From Shigella phage CT02, in sequence record OP917825: 38,876 nucleotides of DNA; one strand, 5' to 3'. The notes below the pieces were generated by a model. It had not been told where the DNA came from. It was given only the letters and a program-made list of their open reading frames with translations, and did not search any database. Shown piece by piece: positions 7,368-15,839 of this stretch. Position numbers and translations under genes: made by a program. Each line of letters begins with the position of its first letter. The stretch's first letter is position 1.

Positions 7368-10022
7368 ATGAACATCATCGAAACTATCGAAAAGAATGAC
7401 TTCTCTGAAATCGAACTGGCTGCTATCCCGTTCAACACGCTGGCAGACCACTACGGCAGCGCACTGGCTCGTGAACAACTGGCTTTAGAGCACGAGTCTT
7501 ATGAGTTAGGTGAGCGCCGCTTCCTCAAGATGCTGGAGCGTCAAGCGAAAGCTGGTGAGATTGCAGACAACGCAGCCGCTAAGCCGTTACTCGCTACGCT
7601 TCTCCCTAAGTTAACCGCACGTATCGTAGAGTGGCTCGAAGAGTACGCCTCGAAGAAAGGCCGCAAGCCTAGCGCATACGCACCGCTCCAGTTACTCAAG
7701 CCGGAAGCCTCCGCGTTTATCACCCTGAAAGTTATCCTTGCGTCACTGACCAGCACGAACATGACAACCATTCAGGCCGCTGCTGGTATGCTGGGGAAGG
7801 CCATTGAGGATGAGGCACGTTTCGGGCGCATCCGTGACCTCGAAGCGAAGCACTTCAAGAAGCACGTTGAGGAGCAGATTAACAAGCGCCACGGGCAAGT
7901 CTACAAGAAAGCCTTTATGCAGGTGGTCGAGGCTGATATGATTGGTCGAGGTCTGCTTGGTGGCGAGGCGTGGTCTAGCTGGGATAAAGAAACCACGATG
8001 CACGTAGGGATTCGCCTGATTGAAATGCTGATTGAATCCACGGGTCTGGTGGAACTACAGCGACACAATGCAGGTAACGCAGGCTCTGACCATGAGGCAC
8101 TGCAACTGGCCCAAGAGTACGTCGATGTATTAGCGAAGCGTGCAGGCGCTCTGGCGGGTATCTCTCCGATGTTCCAGCCGTGTGTCGTACCGCCGAAACC
8201 TTGGGTAGCAATCACCGGGGGCGGCTATTGGGCTAACGGTCGCAGACCTTTGGCACTCGTTCGCACTCACTCTAAGAAGGGCTTGATGCGCTACGAAGAC
8301 GTTTACATGCCAGAAGTCTACAAGGCTGTGAACCTCGCGCAAAACACCGCATGGAAAATCAACAAGAAAGTTCTTGCGGTTGTCAATGAGATTGTGAACT
8401 GGAAGAACTGCCCGGTCGCAGACATTCCATCTCTGGAGCGCAAAGAGTTACCACCTAAGCCGGACGACATTGACACCAACGAGGCAGCACTCAAGGAGTG
8501 GAAGAAAGCCGCCGCTGGTATCTACCGCTTGGACAAGGCACGAGTGTCTCGCCGTATCAGCTTAGAGTTCATGCTGGAGCAGGCCAACAAGTTCGCAAGC
8601 AAGAAAGCAATCTGGTTCCCTTACAACATGGACTGGCGCGGTCGTGTGTACGCTGTGCCGATGTTCAACCCGCAAGGCAACGACATGACGAAAGGTCTGC
8701 TGACCCTCGCTAAAGGAAAACCAATCGGTGAGGAAGGTTTCTACTGGCTGAAAATCCACGGTGCGAACTGTGCGGGTGTCGATAAGGTTCCTTTCCCTGA
8801 GCGCATCGCGTTCATTGAGAAGCACGTAGACGACATTCTGGCTTGCGCTAAAGACCCTATCAATAACACTTGGTGGGCCGAGCAGGATTCACCCTTCTGT
8901 TTCCTCGCGTTCTGCTTCGAGTATGCAGGCGTTGCGCACCACGGTATGAGCTACAATTGCTCTCTGCCGCTGGCGTTCGACGGGTCTTGCTCCGGTATCC
9001 AGCACTTCTCCGCGATGCTCCGCGATGAGGTAGGCGGTCGCGCGGTTAACCTACTGCCAAGCGAAACCGTGCAGGACATTTACGGCATCGTTGCACAGAA
9101 AGTAAACGAGATTCTCAAACAGGATGCAATCAACGGCACACCTAACGAGATGATTACCGTGACCGATAAGGACACCGGGGAAATCTCTGAGAAGCTCAAG
9201 CTGGGAACCTCAACGCTGGCGCAACAGTGGCTGGCATACGGTGTCACCCGTAGCGTAACTAAACGTTCGGTCATGACGCTGGCTTACGGTTCTAAGGAGT
9301 TCGGCTTTCGTCAACAGGTACTGGACGACACCATTCAGCCTGCGATTGACAGCGGTAAGGGCTTGATGTTCACCCAACCTAACCAAGCGGCTGGCTATAT
9401 GGCTAAGCTGATTTGGGACGCGGTGAGCGTGACCGTAGTCGCAGCGGTTGAGGCGATGAACTGGCTCAAGTCTGCCGCTAAGCTGCTGGCTGCTGAGGTC
9501 AAGGACAAGAAAACCAAGGATATTCTGCGCCACCGTTGCGCGGTTCACTGGACTACGCCGGACGGCTTCCCGGTCTGGCAGGAATACCGCAAGCCACTCC
9601 AGAAGCGTCTCGATATGATTTTCTTAGGGCAATTCCGTCTGCAACCGACGATTAATACCCTCAAGGATTCAGGCATTGACGCACACAAGCAGGAGTCTGG
9701 CATCGCTCCTAACTTTGTTCACTCACAGGATGGTAGCCACCTCCGCATGACAGTCGTTTATGCTCACGAGAAGTATGGCATTGAGTCCTTTGCGCTCATT
9801 CATGACAGCTTTGGGACTATCCCGGCAGACGCTGGTAAGCTCTTTAAGGCTGTGCGTGAAACGATGGTTCTCACCTACGAGAACAACGATGTGCTGGCAG
9901 ACTTCTATGACCAGTTTGCAGACCAGCTACACGAGACCCAACTGGACAAGATGCCTCCGCTTCCGAAGAAAGGAAATCTGAACCTGCAAGACATTCTCAA
10001 GTCTGACTTTGCCTTTGCATAA
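7368..10022 (+). CDS. Single-subunit DNA-dependent RNA polymerase (gene 1), T3 type
   Basis: ORF 7356..10022; start ATG 7368 (MNIIETIEKNDF...) after RBS GAGG; 884 aa; near-identical to recalled T3 RNAP, and the genome's promoters carry the T3 consensus. Confidence 0.95.
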   Translation: MNIIETIEKNDFSEIELAAIPFNTLADHYGSALAREQLALEHESYELGERRFLKMLERQAKAGEIADNAAAKPLLATLLPKLTARIVEWLEEYASKKGRKPSAYAPLQLLKPEASAFITLKVILASLTSTNMTTIQAAAGMLGKAIEDEARFGRIRDLEAKHFKKHVEEQINKRHGQVYKKAFMQVVEADMIGRGLLGGEAWSSWDKETTMHVGIRLIEMLIESTGLVELQRHNAGNAGSDHEALQLAQEYVDVLAKRAGALAGISPMFQPCVVPPKPWVAITGGGYWANGRRPLALVRTHSKKGLMRYEDVYMPEVYKAVNLAQNTAWKINKKVLAVVNEIVNWKNCPVADIPSLERKELPPKPDDIDTNEAALKEWKKAAAGIYRLDKARVSRRISLEFMLEQANKFASKKAIWFPYNMDWRGRVYAVPMFNPQGNDMTKGLLTLAKGKPIGEEGFYWLKIHGANCAGVDKVPFPERIAFIEKHVDDILACAKDPINNTWWAEQDSPFCFLAFCFEYAGVAHHGMSYNCSLPLAFDGSCSGIQHFSAMLRDEVGGRAVNLLPSETVQDIYGIVAQKVNEILKQDAINGTPNEMITVTDKDTGEISEKLKLGTSTLAQQWLAYGVTRSVTKRSVMTLAYGSKEFGFRQQVLDDTIQPAIDSGKGLMFTQPNQAAGYMAKLIWDAVSVTVVAAVEAMNWLKSAAKLLAAEVKDKKTKDILRHRCAVHWTTPDGFPVWQEYRKPLQKRLDMIFLGQFRLQPTINTLKDSGIDAHKQESGIAPNFVHSQDGSHLRMTVVYAHEKYGIESFALIHDSFGTIPADAGKLFKAVRETMVLTYENNDVLADFYDQFADQLHETQLDKMPPLPKKGNLNLQDILKSDFAFA

Positions 10023-10033
10023 CAAGCACTTAG

Positions 10034-10056
10034 CATTAACCCTCACTAACGGGAGA
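10034..10056 (+). promoter_or_regulatory. T3-class phage RNAP promoter (phi1.05)
   Basis: CATTAACCCTCACTAACGGGAGA; transcript start is followed by a perfect hairpin GGGAGAC-TACTTAAG-GTCTCCC (10051-10072). Confidence 0.7.
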
Positions 10057-10108
10057 CTACTTAAGGTCTCCCACTTTAAGACACTTTAGGTACTAAGAGA
10101 TTAAATTT

Positions 10109-10381
10109 ATGATTAACATTAAGACTTTCTTTAAGAACATCTTTAAGTTAAACCGCTTGACTTCCGTTAAGTTCTACGCTTGGATGCCCGGTAGTGATGA
10201 CCTCCGCAAGACTGAATTTAAGTTAGGCTTAGGGCCGTGCGGTAAGGTGGTCACGAAGTTGGAATGTTACTCAACGGCCTCCGGGATGGTCATCTTCCAG
10301 ACTACTGAGGACAACGAAACGAAATCCTTCTACTACCCGAAAGGTTCAACGTGTGGTCGTATCGAACGGACATGTAGTTAA
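10109..10381 (+). CDS. Hypothetical protein (1.05 position), 90 aa
   Basis: ORF bracketed by two phage promoters; AT-rich relative to neighbours; weak RBS; stop overlaps the next promoter. Confidence 0.45.
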   Translation: MINIKTFFKNIFKLNRLTSVKFYAWMPGSDDLRKTEFKLGLGPCGKVVTKLECYSTASGMVIFQTTEDNETKSFYYPKGSTCGRIERTCS

Positions 10382-10398
10382 CCCTCACTAACGGGAGA
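10376..10398 (+). promoter_or_regulatory. T3-class phage RNAP promoter (phi1.1)
   Basis: AGTTAACCCTCACTAACGGGAGA. Confidence 0.7.
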
Positions 10399-10402
10399 GT
10401 TA

Positions 10403-10437
10403 AACTTAAGGTCATCACCAGCGGTGGCCTTTGTGAT
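10403..10437 (+). promoter_or_regulatory. RNase III-type processing hairpin (R1.1-like)
   Basis: AACTTAAGGTCATCACCAGCGGTGGCCTTTGTGAT; conserved flank family. Confidence 0.5.
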
Positions 10438-10473
10438 TAACTTTCAATACACATCAACACGAGGTAAGATACT

Positions 10474-10614
10474 ATGCGTACCAACTTTGAGAAATTTACC
10501 AAGCGCGATTCAGTGGTCAATGAGCATGGCGAACAGTGGCAAGAGCGCCGTGACCGCATGAAGAAACGCCACAAGCAACAGCGCGGTAACTCACAGAAAC
10601 GGGAGTGGAACTAA
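10474..10614 (+). CDS. gp1.1-like small basic protein (46 aa)
   Basis: ATG 10474 after RBS GAGGT; product MRTNFEKFTKR... resembles T7 gp1.1; not in the ORF track because it is under 60 aa; stop overlaps the 1.2 start (TAATG). Confidence 0.55.
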   Translation: MRTNFEKFTKRDSVVNEHGEQWQERRDRMKKRHKQQRGNSQKREWN

Positions 10615-10889
10615 TGATGGGACGTCTCTATAGCGGCAACCTGAACGATTACAAAGATGCGGTAGCGCGTCTACAGGAAGACCATGACGTGACCGTGAAG
10701 ATGGAGTCATTCAGCTATGAAAACCCAGCGAAGATGTGCAGGTCATCCGGTGAGGTTCTCCGTGTGTTCACACGCTCCGGGCATCTGGTGGCATCCAGAA
10801 CCTTCGAGCACAGCGACAGCGATGTACAAATCAACGCGCAGACTGCATGGCTCCGCAAGGTTCACAGCGATTTGAAACACTGGAAGTAA
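10614..10889 (+). CDS. gp1.2-like protein (host dGTPase inhibitor family)
   Basis: ORF 10605..10889; preferred start ATG 10614 (MMGRLYSGNL...) overlapping the 1.1 stop; C-terminus ...DLKHWK resembles T7 gp1.2. Confidence 0.65.
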   Translation: MMGRLYSGNLNDYKDAVARLQEDHDVTVKMESFSYENPAKMCRSSGEVLRVFTRSGHLVASRTFEHSDSDVQINAQTAWLRKVHSDLKHWK

Positions 10890-10909
10890 TAACCCTCACT
10901 AACAGGAGA
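10887..10909 (+). promoter_or_regulatory. T3-class phage RNAP promoter (phi1.3)
   Basis: AATAACCCTCACTAACAGGAGAA; its +1 region supplies the AGGAG RBS of the next ORF. Confidence 0.7.
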
Positions 10910-10915
10910 AACGAA

Positions 10916-11332
10916 ATGAGAAACATCGAACGGTTCAACGCAAAGACTGAACCTTGCGGTGACTGTCTACGTTGGACTGGTCGAATCCAGCCTAACGGTT
11001 ACGGACAGTTTCGCCTCGAAGGTAAAACACAATACGCACATCGAGCAGCTTACAAGCTGTTTATCGGTGAACTGGACAATAAAGATACAGTCCTTCACTC
11101 GTGCGACAACAGGTGGTGTGTGAACCCTGAGCATTTGACCAAGGGAACGCAGGCCGATAACCTGAAAGACATGGCGATAAAGGGTAGACACCACGCCATT
11201 AAGATTCCGAACGATGCCATTGAGGGCATCCGCAAAGACCCTCGCTCTTCCACTGCGATAGCGGCTGAGTGGGGAGTCCACCCAACAACCATCCAGAAGA
11301 TTAAGCGAAATATCAACAGGAGATTCGTATGA
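10916..11332 (+). CDS. HNH endonuclease (homing-endonuclease-like), 138 aa
   Basis: Motif HSCDNRWCVNPEHLTKGTQADN (HNH with conserved His/Asn) plus upstream CGDC; start ATG 10916 after AGGAG; ORF-track start 10847 overlaps gene 1.2. Confidence 0.75.
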   Translation: MRNIERFNAKTEPCGDCLRWTGRIQPNGYGQFRLEGKTQYAHRAAYKLFIGELDNKDTVLHSCDNRWCVNPEHLTKGTQADNLKDMAIKGRHHAIKIPNDAIEGIRKDPRSSTAIAAEWGVHPTTIQKIKRNINRRFV

Positions 11333-12345
11333 ACATTTTCAAGACCGCGCCATATAAAGCTGTATCCTTTGTCGAGTCTGCCGTGCGTAAAGCTCTGGAG
11401 ACTTCCGGCTACCTGATAGCTGATTGTAAATATGACGGTGTTCGTGGAAACATTGTGGTTGACAACGTGGCGGAAGCAGCGTGGCTGTCTCGCGTCTCCA
11501 AGTTCATCCCGGCGCTGGAACACCTGAACGGTTTCGATAAGCGCTGGCAGCAACTACTGAACGATGACCGCTGCATCTTCCCGGACGGCTTCATGCTGGA
11601 TGGTGAACTGATGGTCAAAGGCGTAGACTTCAACACAGGGTCTGGCCTGCTGCGTACCAAGTGGCTCAAGAAGAACAACTTCATGTTTGACCGTGGTGGT
11701 GTTGAGCCGCTGAAAGGTTCCAAAGTAGCATTTGAGTTAGACCCCAAGCGCCTGAGCGTGCGCCTGTATGCTGTCATGCCGATTCACATTGCGGAGTCTG
11801 GCGAGGACTACGATGTACAGAACCTGCTGATGCCGTATCATGTGGAAGCCATGCGCTCTCTTCTGGTTGAATACTTCCCGGAAATCGAGTGGCTTATCGC
11901 TGAGACCTACGAGGTCTACGATATGGATTCGCTGACTGAACTGTACGAAGAGAAGCGTGCCGAAGGTCACGAGGGTCTCATTGTGAAAGACCCACAAGGT
12001 ATCTACAAGCGAGGCAAGAAGTCTGGCTGGTGGAAGCTCAAGCCTGAGTGTGAAGCCGACGGTATCATTCAGGGTGTCAATTGGGGAACCGAAGGTTTAG
12101 CCAACGAGGGTAAAGTGATAGGCTTTAGTGTGCTTCTTGAGACTGGTCGTTTAGTAGACGCCAACAACATCTCTCGCGCACTGATGGACGAGTTCACAGC
12201 CAACGTTAAAGCCCACGGTGAAGACTTCTACAACGGGTGGGCCTGTCAGGTCAACTATATGGAAGAGACCCCGGACGGCTCCCTGCGTCACCCTAGCTTC
12301 GAGAAGTTCCGAGGCACTGAGGACAACCCTCGAGAGAAAATGTAA
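11329..12345 (+). CDS. ATP-dependent DNA ligase (gene 1.3)
   Basis: 338-aa ORF; adenylation motif KYDGVRG; extensive similarity to recalled T7 ligase; start overlaps the HNH stop (ATGA). Confidence 0.9.
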   Translation: MNIFKTAPYKAVSFVESAVRKALETSGYLIADCKYDGVRGNIVVDNVAEAAWLSRVSKFIPALEHLNGFDKRWQQLLNDDRCIFPDGFMLDGELMVKGVDFNTGSGLLRTKWLKKNNFMFDRGGVEPLKGSKVAFELDPKRLSVRLYAVMPIHIAESGEDYDVQNLLMPYHVEAMRSLLVEYFPEIEWLIAETYEVYDMDSLTELYEEKRAEGHEGLIVKDPQGIYKRGKKSGWWKLKPECEADGIIQGVNWGTEGLANEGKVIGFSVLLETGRLVDANNISRALMDEFTANVKAHGEDFYNGWACQVNYMEETPDGSLRHPSFEKFRGTEDNPREKM

Positions 12346-12393
12346 CCAACTCACTGGCTCACCTTAACGGGTGGGCCTTTCTTCGTTCAGAGG

Positions 12394-12416
12394 TATTAAC
12401 CCTCACTAACAGGAGA
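12394..12416 (+). promoter_or_regulatory. T3-class phage RNAP promoter
   Basis: GTATTAACCCTCACTAACAGGAGA. Confidence 0.7.
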
Positions 12417-12424
12417 CACACACC

Positions 12425-12502
12425 ATGTGGCTTATCCTATTCGCTATCGTCGCAACTCTGGGATTAATGGTTGCCGACGACAACATTTGGCCTGATTGTT
12501 AA
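12425..12502 (+). CDS. Possible 25-aa hydrophobic peptide (1.4/1.5 position)
   Basis: ATG 12425 directly after the promoter/AGGAG; product MWLILFAIVATLGLMVADDNIWPDC; too short for the ORF track. Confidence 0.3.
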   Translation: MWLILFAIVATLGLMVADDNIWPDC

Positions 12503-12514
12503 GGAGACAACATC

Positions 12515-12772
12515 ATGCGTTTACACTTCAACAAATCAAATGGTATCTTTTCGGTTCGCCGTGAAGACCGCTCTACGGCAGTGGCCTCTGAGCGCAACGC
12601 CAAGCTGCCGCTGATTGGTTTGGTCGTCCCATTGTCGCCTCGTGTTCACCTACTGATCACTCGTGGAGAGTTCATTAAGGCGATGAACAAAGAGCGCCCG
12701 CATCTGGAAGCCGTGGTCACTTACTGGCCTCGCATCCGTCTGTTCGTTAAGTGGATTAAGGAGGTACTATAA
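12515..12772 (+). CDS. gp1.6-like protein
   Basis: 85-aa ORF with RBS AAGGAGA; C-terminus GEFIKAMN...HLEAVV.YWP...WIKEVL resembles T7 gp1.6. Confidence 0.55.
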   Translation: MRLHFNKSNGIFSVRREDRSTAVASERNAKLPLIGLVVPLSPRVHLLITRGEFIKAMNKERPHLEAVVTYWPRIRLFVKWIKEVL

Positions 12773-13344
12773 TGTTGCAACATCATTGGAACAAACCAGA
12801 CTTAGAGGCTCGCTTCCCGGTTAACTCTGCTGTTCGTTATTCGGGCGATAACCCAGTTCTCAAGGGTCTGACCGGAACAGTGCAGGGTTACTCTCACACT
12901 GGTCGAGTGAAGGTTCGCTTCGGTGTTCGTGAGGCGGAGGTACACCCCTCCGTACTAATCCCGCTACCGAAAGTAGGCCCGAACGTGGAAGCACCGAAGT
13001 CAGCAGTCAAGTCTGACGTGACCAACCCTAATATCAGCCTTCACACATCGAACTGTAAGATTTGGAATGGCGCTAATCGGTGTACCTGTGAGCCAGCCAG
13101 CGACGACGGTGTTAAGCAGCCAAGGCACTACCAGCTGTTCGATAACGTGGAAGCCATTGAGGTTATCGCCCGGTCAATGACAGTCGAGGCGTTCCGTGGG
13201 TACTGCTTAGGGAACATCCTTAAGTATCGCCTGCGTGCTGGCAAGAAATCCGAACTGGCAACTATGGAGAAAGACCTCAATAAAGCTGCATTCTATCAGG
13301 AACTCTTTGACAAACACCGGGGGCTGTGTTATGACGCTTCGTGA
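12772..13344 (+). CDS. gp1.7-like protein (nucleotide kinase family)
   Basis: 190-aa ORF at the 1.7 position; start overlaps the 1.6 stop; identification by synteny and size. Confidence 0.55.
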   Translation: MLQHHWNKPDLEARFPVNSAVRYSGDNPVLKGLTGTVQGYSHTGRVKVRFGVREAEVHPSVLIPLPKVGPNVEAPKSAVKSDVTNPNISLHTSNCKIWNGANRCTCEPASDDGVKQPRHYQLFDNVEAIEVIARSMTVEAFRGYCLGNILKYRLRAGKKSELATMEKDLNKAAFYQELFDKHRGLCYDAS

Positions 13345-13477
13345 ATGCTGCGATTGGTGTGCCGCTAAGTGGAACCAAGCTATCGAGGCTGGTGACAAGG
13401 CGGCTGCTGACGCTTACCAACAACTGTACGCGCTGTGGGAGCGGCGCTTTAAGGAGGCTCAAAGTGGAGCAACGTGA
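13331..13477 (+). CDS. gp1.8-like small protein (48 aa)
   Basis: Internal ATG 13331 of ORF 13235..13477; 48 aa equals the T7 gp1.8 length; overlaps the 1.7 end. Confidence 0.45.
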   Translation: MTLRECCDWCAAKWNQAIEAGDKAAADAYQQLYALWERRFKEAQSGAT

Positions 13478-13628
13478 ACAGAAATACCTTCTGACGCTGG
13501 AGGGTAACACCGAGTCCTTTGAGGTTCCGGTATTCGCCCGGTCTCTCGAAGAGGCAACACTACAGGCTGAACATTATGAGGACGCAGGGTTCGTAGTGAC
13601 TCGCATCCGTCCAGAAGTGAAAGCCTAA
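13464..13628 (+). CDS. Host RNA polymerase inhibitor (gp2-like), probable GTG start
   Basis: RBS AAGGAGG (13451-13457) then GTG 13464; product ...[34 protein letters not shown] resembles T7 gp2; the longer ATG version (13341) would lie entirely within 1.8. Confidence 0.55.
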   Translation: MEQREQKYLLTLEGNTESFEVPVFARSLEEATLQAEHYEDAGFVVTRIRPEVKA

Positions 13629-13648
13629 TTACCCTCACTAAAGGGAAC
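13626..13648 (+). promoter_or_regulatory. T3-class phage RNAP promoter (phi2.5)
   Basis: TAATTACCCTCACTAAAGGGAAC. Confidence 0.65.
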
Positions 13649-13680
13649 AACCCAATCATTAACCACAAAGGAGAAACATT

Positions 13681-14379
13681 ATGGCTGGTTTCAAGAAGAA
13701 AATCTACACCTCTGGTCTTGGTACTGCTGAGCCTTATGCTTACCTGAGTAAGCCGGATTACGGCAACGAAGAGCGTGGCTTCGGCAACCCTCGTGGTATC
13801 TATAAGGTAGACCTGACTCTTTCCAATAAAGACCCGCGCTGTCAGGCAATGGTCGATGAAATCGTGAAGACTCACGAAGAGGCTTATGCTGCTGCCGTGG
13901 AAGAGTTCGAAGCTAACCCGCCTCAGGCACAGCGTGGTAAGAAACCGCTGAAACCTTACGAGGGCGACATGCCGTTCTTCGATAACGGTGACGGTACGAC
14001 TACCTTCAAGTTCAAATGCTATGCGTCTTTCCAAGACAAGAAGACCAAAGAGACCAAACACATTAATCTGGTCGTTGTCGATAGCAAGGGCAAGAAGATT
14101 CAGGACGTTCCGATTATCGGCGGCGGCTCTAAGCTGAAAGTGAAATACTCTCTGGTGCCTTACAAGTGGAACACCGCTGTGGGCGCAAGCGTCAAGCTGC
14201 AACTGGAGTCCGTGATGCTGGTCGAACTGGCTACCTTCGGTGGTGGTGGTGACGATGAGTGGGCCGATGAAGTCGAAGATGGTGGTTACACTGCGAGTGA
14301 ATCCCGTCAGTCCCGCGATGAGCAGGAGTGGCAGGAAGACGAGCACGAAGAAACCCCGGATGATGACGAGGATTTTTAA
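13681..14379 (+). CDS. Single-stranded DNA-binding protein (gp2.5)
   Basis: 232-aa ORF, same length as T7 gp2.5; acidic C-terminal tail ending DDDEDF; RBS AAGGAGA. Confidence 0.9.
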   Translation: MAGFKKKIYTSGLGTAEPYAYLSKPDYGNEERGFGNPRGIYKVDLTLSNKDPRCQAMVDEIVKTHEEAYAAAVEEFEANPPQAQRGKKPLKPYEGDMPFFDNGDGTTTFKFKCYASFQDKKTKETKHINLVVVDSKGKKIQDVPIIGGGSKLKVKYSLVPYKWNTAVGASVKLQLESVMLVELATFGGGGDDEWADEVEDGGYTASESRQSRDEQEWQEDEHEETPDDDEDF

Positions 14380-14856
14380 ATGGAACTTAAAGAGAAACTA
14401 AAGGCTTACAGCGAAGTTTCTCATAACGGGTGCTGGGAGTGGCAACGCTACCGGATGCCCTGTGGTTACGGTAGGATTAGACACGGAGGCCGCATGGAAC
14501 TAACGCATCGTCTATCCTACCTAGCATTCAACGGGGATATACCTGAGGGTCTTGTTGTTCGCCATAAGTGTGACAACAAATGCTGCGTTAACCCTGAGCA
14601 CCTTACGCTAGGTACTCAAAAGGACAACGTTAAGGATGCAATAGACCGTGGTCAATTCGTCTACAGGGAGAACCCGAAAGGTGCAAAGCACCACATGGCT
14701 AAACTTAATGAGAAACAGGTTATGGAGGTTTACAACTCGACACAGACCCAAAGCAGCCTAGCAGAGACCTATGGTGTATCTCGACAATTAATCAGCGCGA
14801 TTAAGAGAGGTAAACTATGGCAGCACGTTACGCAGCACGTGGAGTTAAACGAGTAG
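14380..14856 (+). CDS. HNH endonuclease (homing-endonuclease-like), 158 aa; paralog of 10916..11332
   Basis: Motif HKCDNKCCVNPEHLTLGTQKDN; shares the YG.R..G....HR..Y and CDN..CVNPEHLT.GTQ.DN blocks with the first HNH ORF. Confidence 0.75.
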   Translation: MELKEKLKAYSEVSHNGCWEWQRYRMPCGYGRIRHGGRMELTHRLSYLAFNGDIPEGLVVRHKCDNKCCVNPEHLTLGTQKDNVKDAIDRGQFVYRENPKGAKHHMAKLNEKQVMEVYNSTQTQSSLAETYGVSRQLISAIKRGKLWQHVTQHVELNE

Positions 14857-15272
14857 GATCATATAGAAGCGGCTTAGAGCAGAAGAACATGGAGATGCTG
14901 GAACGTAAGGGAATCAAGGGACAGTATGAGATGTGGTCTATTCCCTATGTTATCCCTGCATCGAACCACAAGTACACACCAGACATAATCCTACCCAACG
15001 GAATCATTATTGAGACCAAGGGTCTATGGGACAGTGAAGACCGTAAGAAACACTTACTGATTCGTGAGCAGATGCCTGAGTTGGATATTCGTTTGGTATT
15101 CTCTTCGAGCCGCTCTAAGTTATACAAAGGGTCTCCAACCAGTTACGGTGAGTGGGCCGAAAAGCATGGTATTCTATTTGCTGACAAGCTGATTCCTGTG
15201 GAGTGGCTTAAAGAACCTAAGAAGGAGATACCGTGGGATAAACTAATTGCAAAGAAAGGAGTTAAGAAATAA
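14817..15272 (+). CDS. Endonuclease I, Holliday-junction resolvase (gene 3)
   Basis: 151-aa ORF; VPYVIPASNH.YTPD...ETKGLW...DRKKHLLIREQ.PELDIR.VFSSSR.KLYKGSPTSYGE matches recalled T7 gp3; RBS AGAGAGG. Confidence 0.9.
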   Translation: MAARYAARGVKRVGSYRSGLEQKNMEMLERKGIKGQYEMWSIPYVIPASNHKYTPDIILPNGIIIETKGLWDSEDRKKHLLIREQMPELDIRLVFSSSRSKLYKGSPTSYGEWAEKHGILFADKLIPVEWLKEPKKEIPWDKLIAKKGVKK

Positions 15273-15727
15273 TGGCCAAGGTACAATTCAAAACGCGCGC
15301 TTCTACGGAAGCAATCTTTGTTCACTGTAGTGCAACCAAGCCAAGCCAGAACATTGGCGTTCGTGAGATTCGTCAGTGGCACAAAGAGCAGGGCTGGTTA
15401 GACGTAGGATATCACTTCATCATCAAGCGTGATGGCACTGTGGAAGCAGGCCGCGATGAACTGGCTGTAGGTTCTCACGTGAAAGGTTACAACCACAACT
15501 CCGTAGGCGTATGCCTCGTGGGTGGGATTGATGATAAAGGCAAGTTCGACGCCAACTTTACACCTGCGCAAATGCAAGCGCTACGTAGTCTGCTGGTCAC
15601 GCTGCTGGCGAAGTATGAGGGTTCAGTCCTTCGTGCTCACCATGACGTTGCACCCAAAGCCTGCCCGTCCTTCGACTTGAAGCGCTGGTGGGAGAAGAAC
15701 GAACTGGTTACATCTGACCGAGGGTGA
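15272..15727 (+). CDS. Lysozyme / N-acetylmuramoyl-L-alanine amidase (gene 3.5)
   Basis: 151-aa ORF; strong similarity to recalled T7 lysozyme (MA.VQFK.R.STEAIFVHCSAT...). Confidence 0.9.
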   Translation: MAKVQFKTRASTEAIFVHCSATKPSQNIGVREIRQWHKEQGWLDVGYHFIIKRDGTVEAGRDELAVGSHVKGYNHNSVGVCLVGGIDDKGKFDANFTPAQMQALRSLLVTLLAKYEGSVLRAHHDVAPKACPSFDLKRWWEKNELVTSDRG

Positions 15728-15731
15728 TACC

Positions 15732-15839
15732 ATGAGGATGATTTGTATTCGCTGTGATAAGCCGTTGAAGAGTCGTGTACCGTCACGTCAGTGTCAGTGC
15801 AAAGACCCAATCAAGGCGGAGGAACACACCGAGGAATAA
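15732..15839 (+). CDS. Possible 35-aa Cys-rich (zinc-ribbon-like) peptide
   Basis: ATG 15732 after RBS GAGGGTG; product MRMICIRCDKPLKSRVPSRQCQCKDPIKAEEHTEE with CxxC...CxC; too short for the ORF track. Confidence 0.35.
   Translation: MRMICIRCDKPLKSRVPSRQCQCKDPIKAEEHTEE

Noticed and set aside
13459-14346. 295-aa ORF on the minus strand
   Set aside because: Antisense to the well-supported gene 2 and SSB genes; no RBS or promoter on the minus strand; T7-like genomes are transcribed entirely from one strand. The same reasoning rejects the other long minus-strand ORFs (21200..21931, 22447..22956, 25132..25659, 26413..26838, 6994..7368, 2363..2791).
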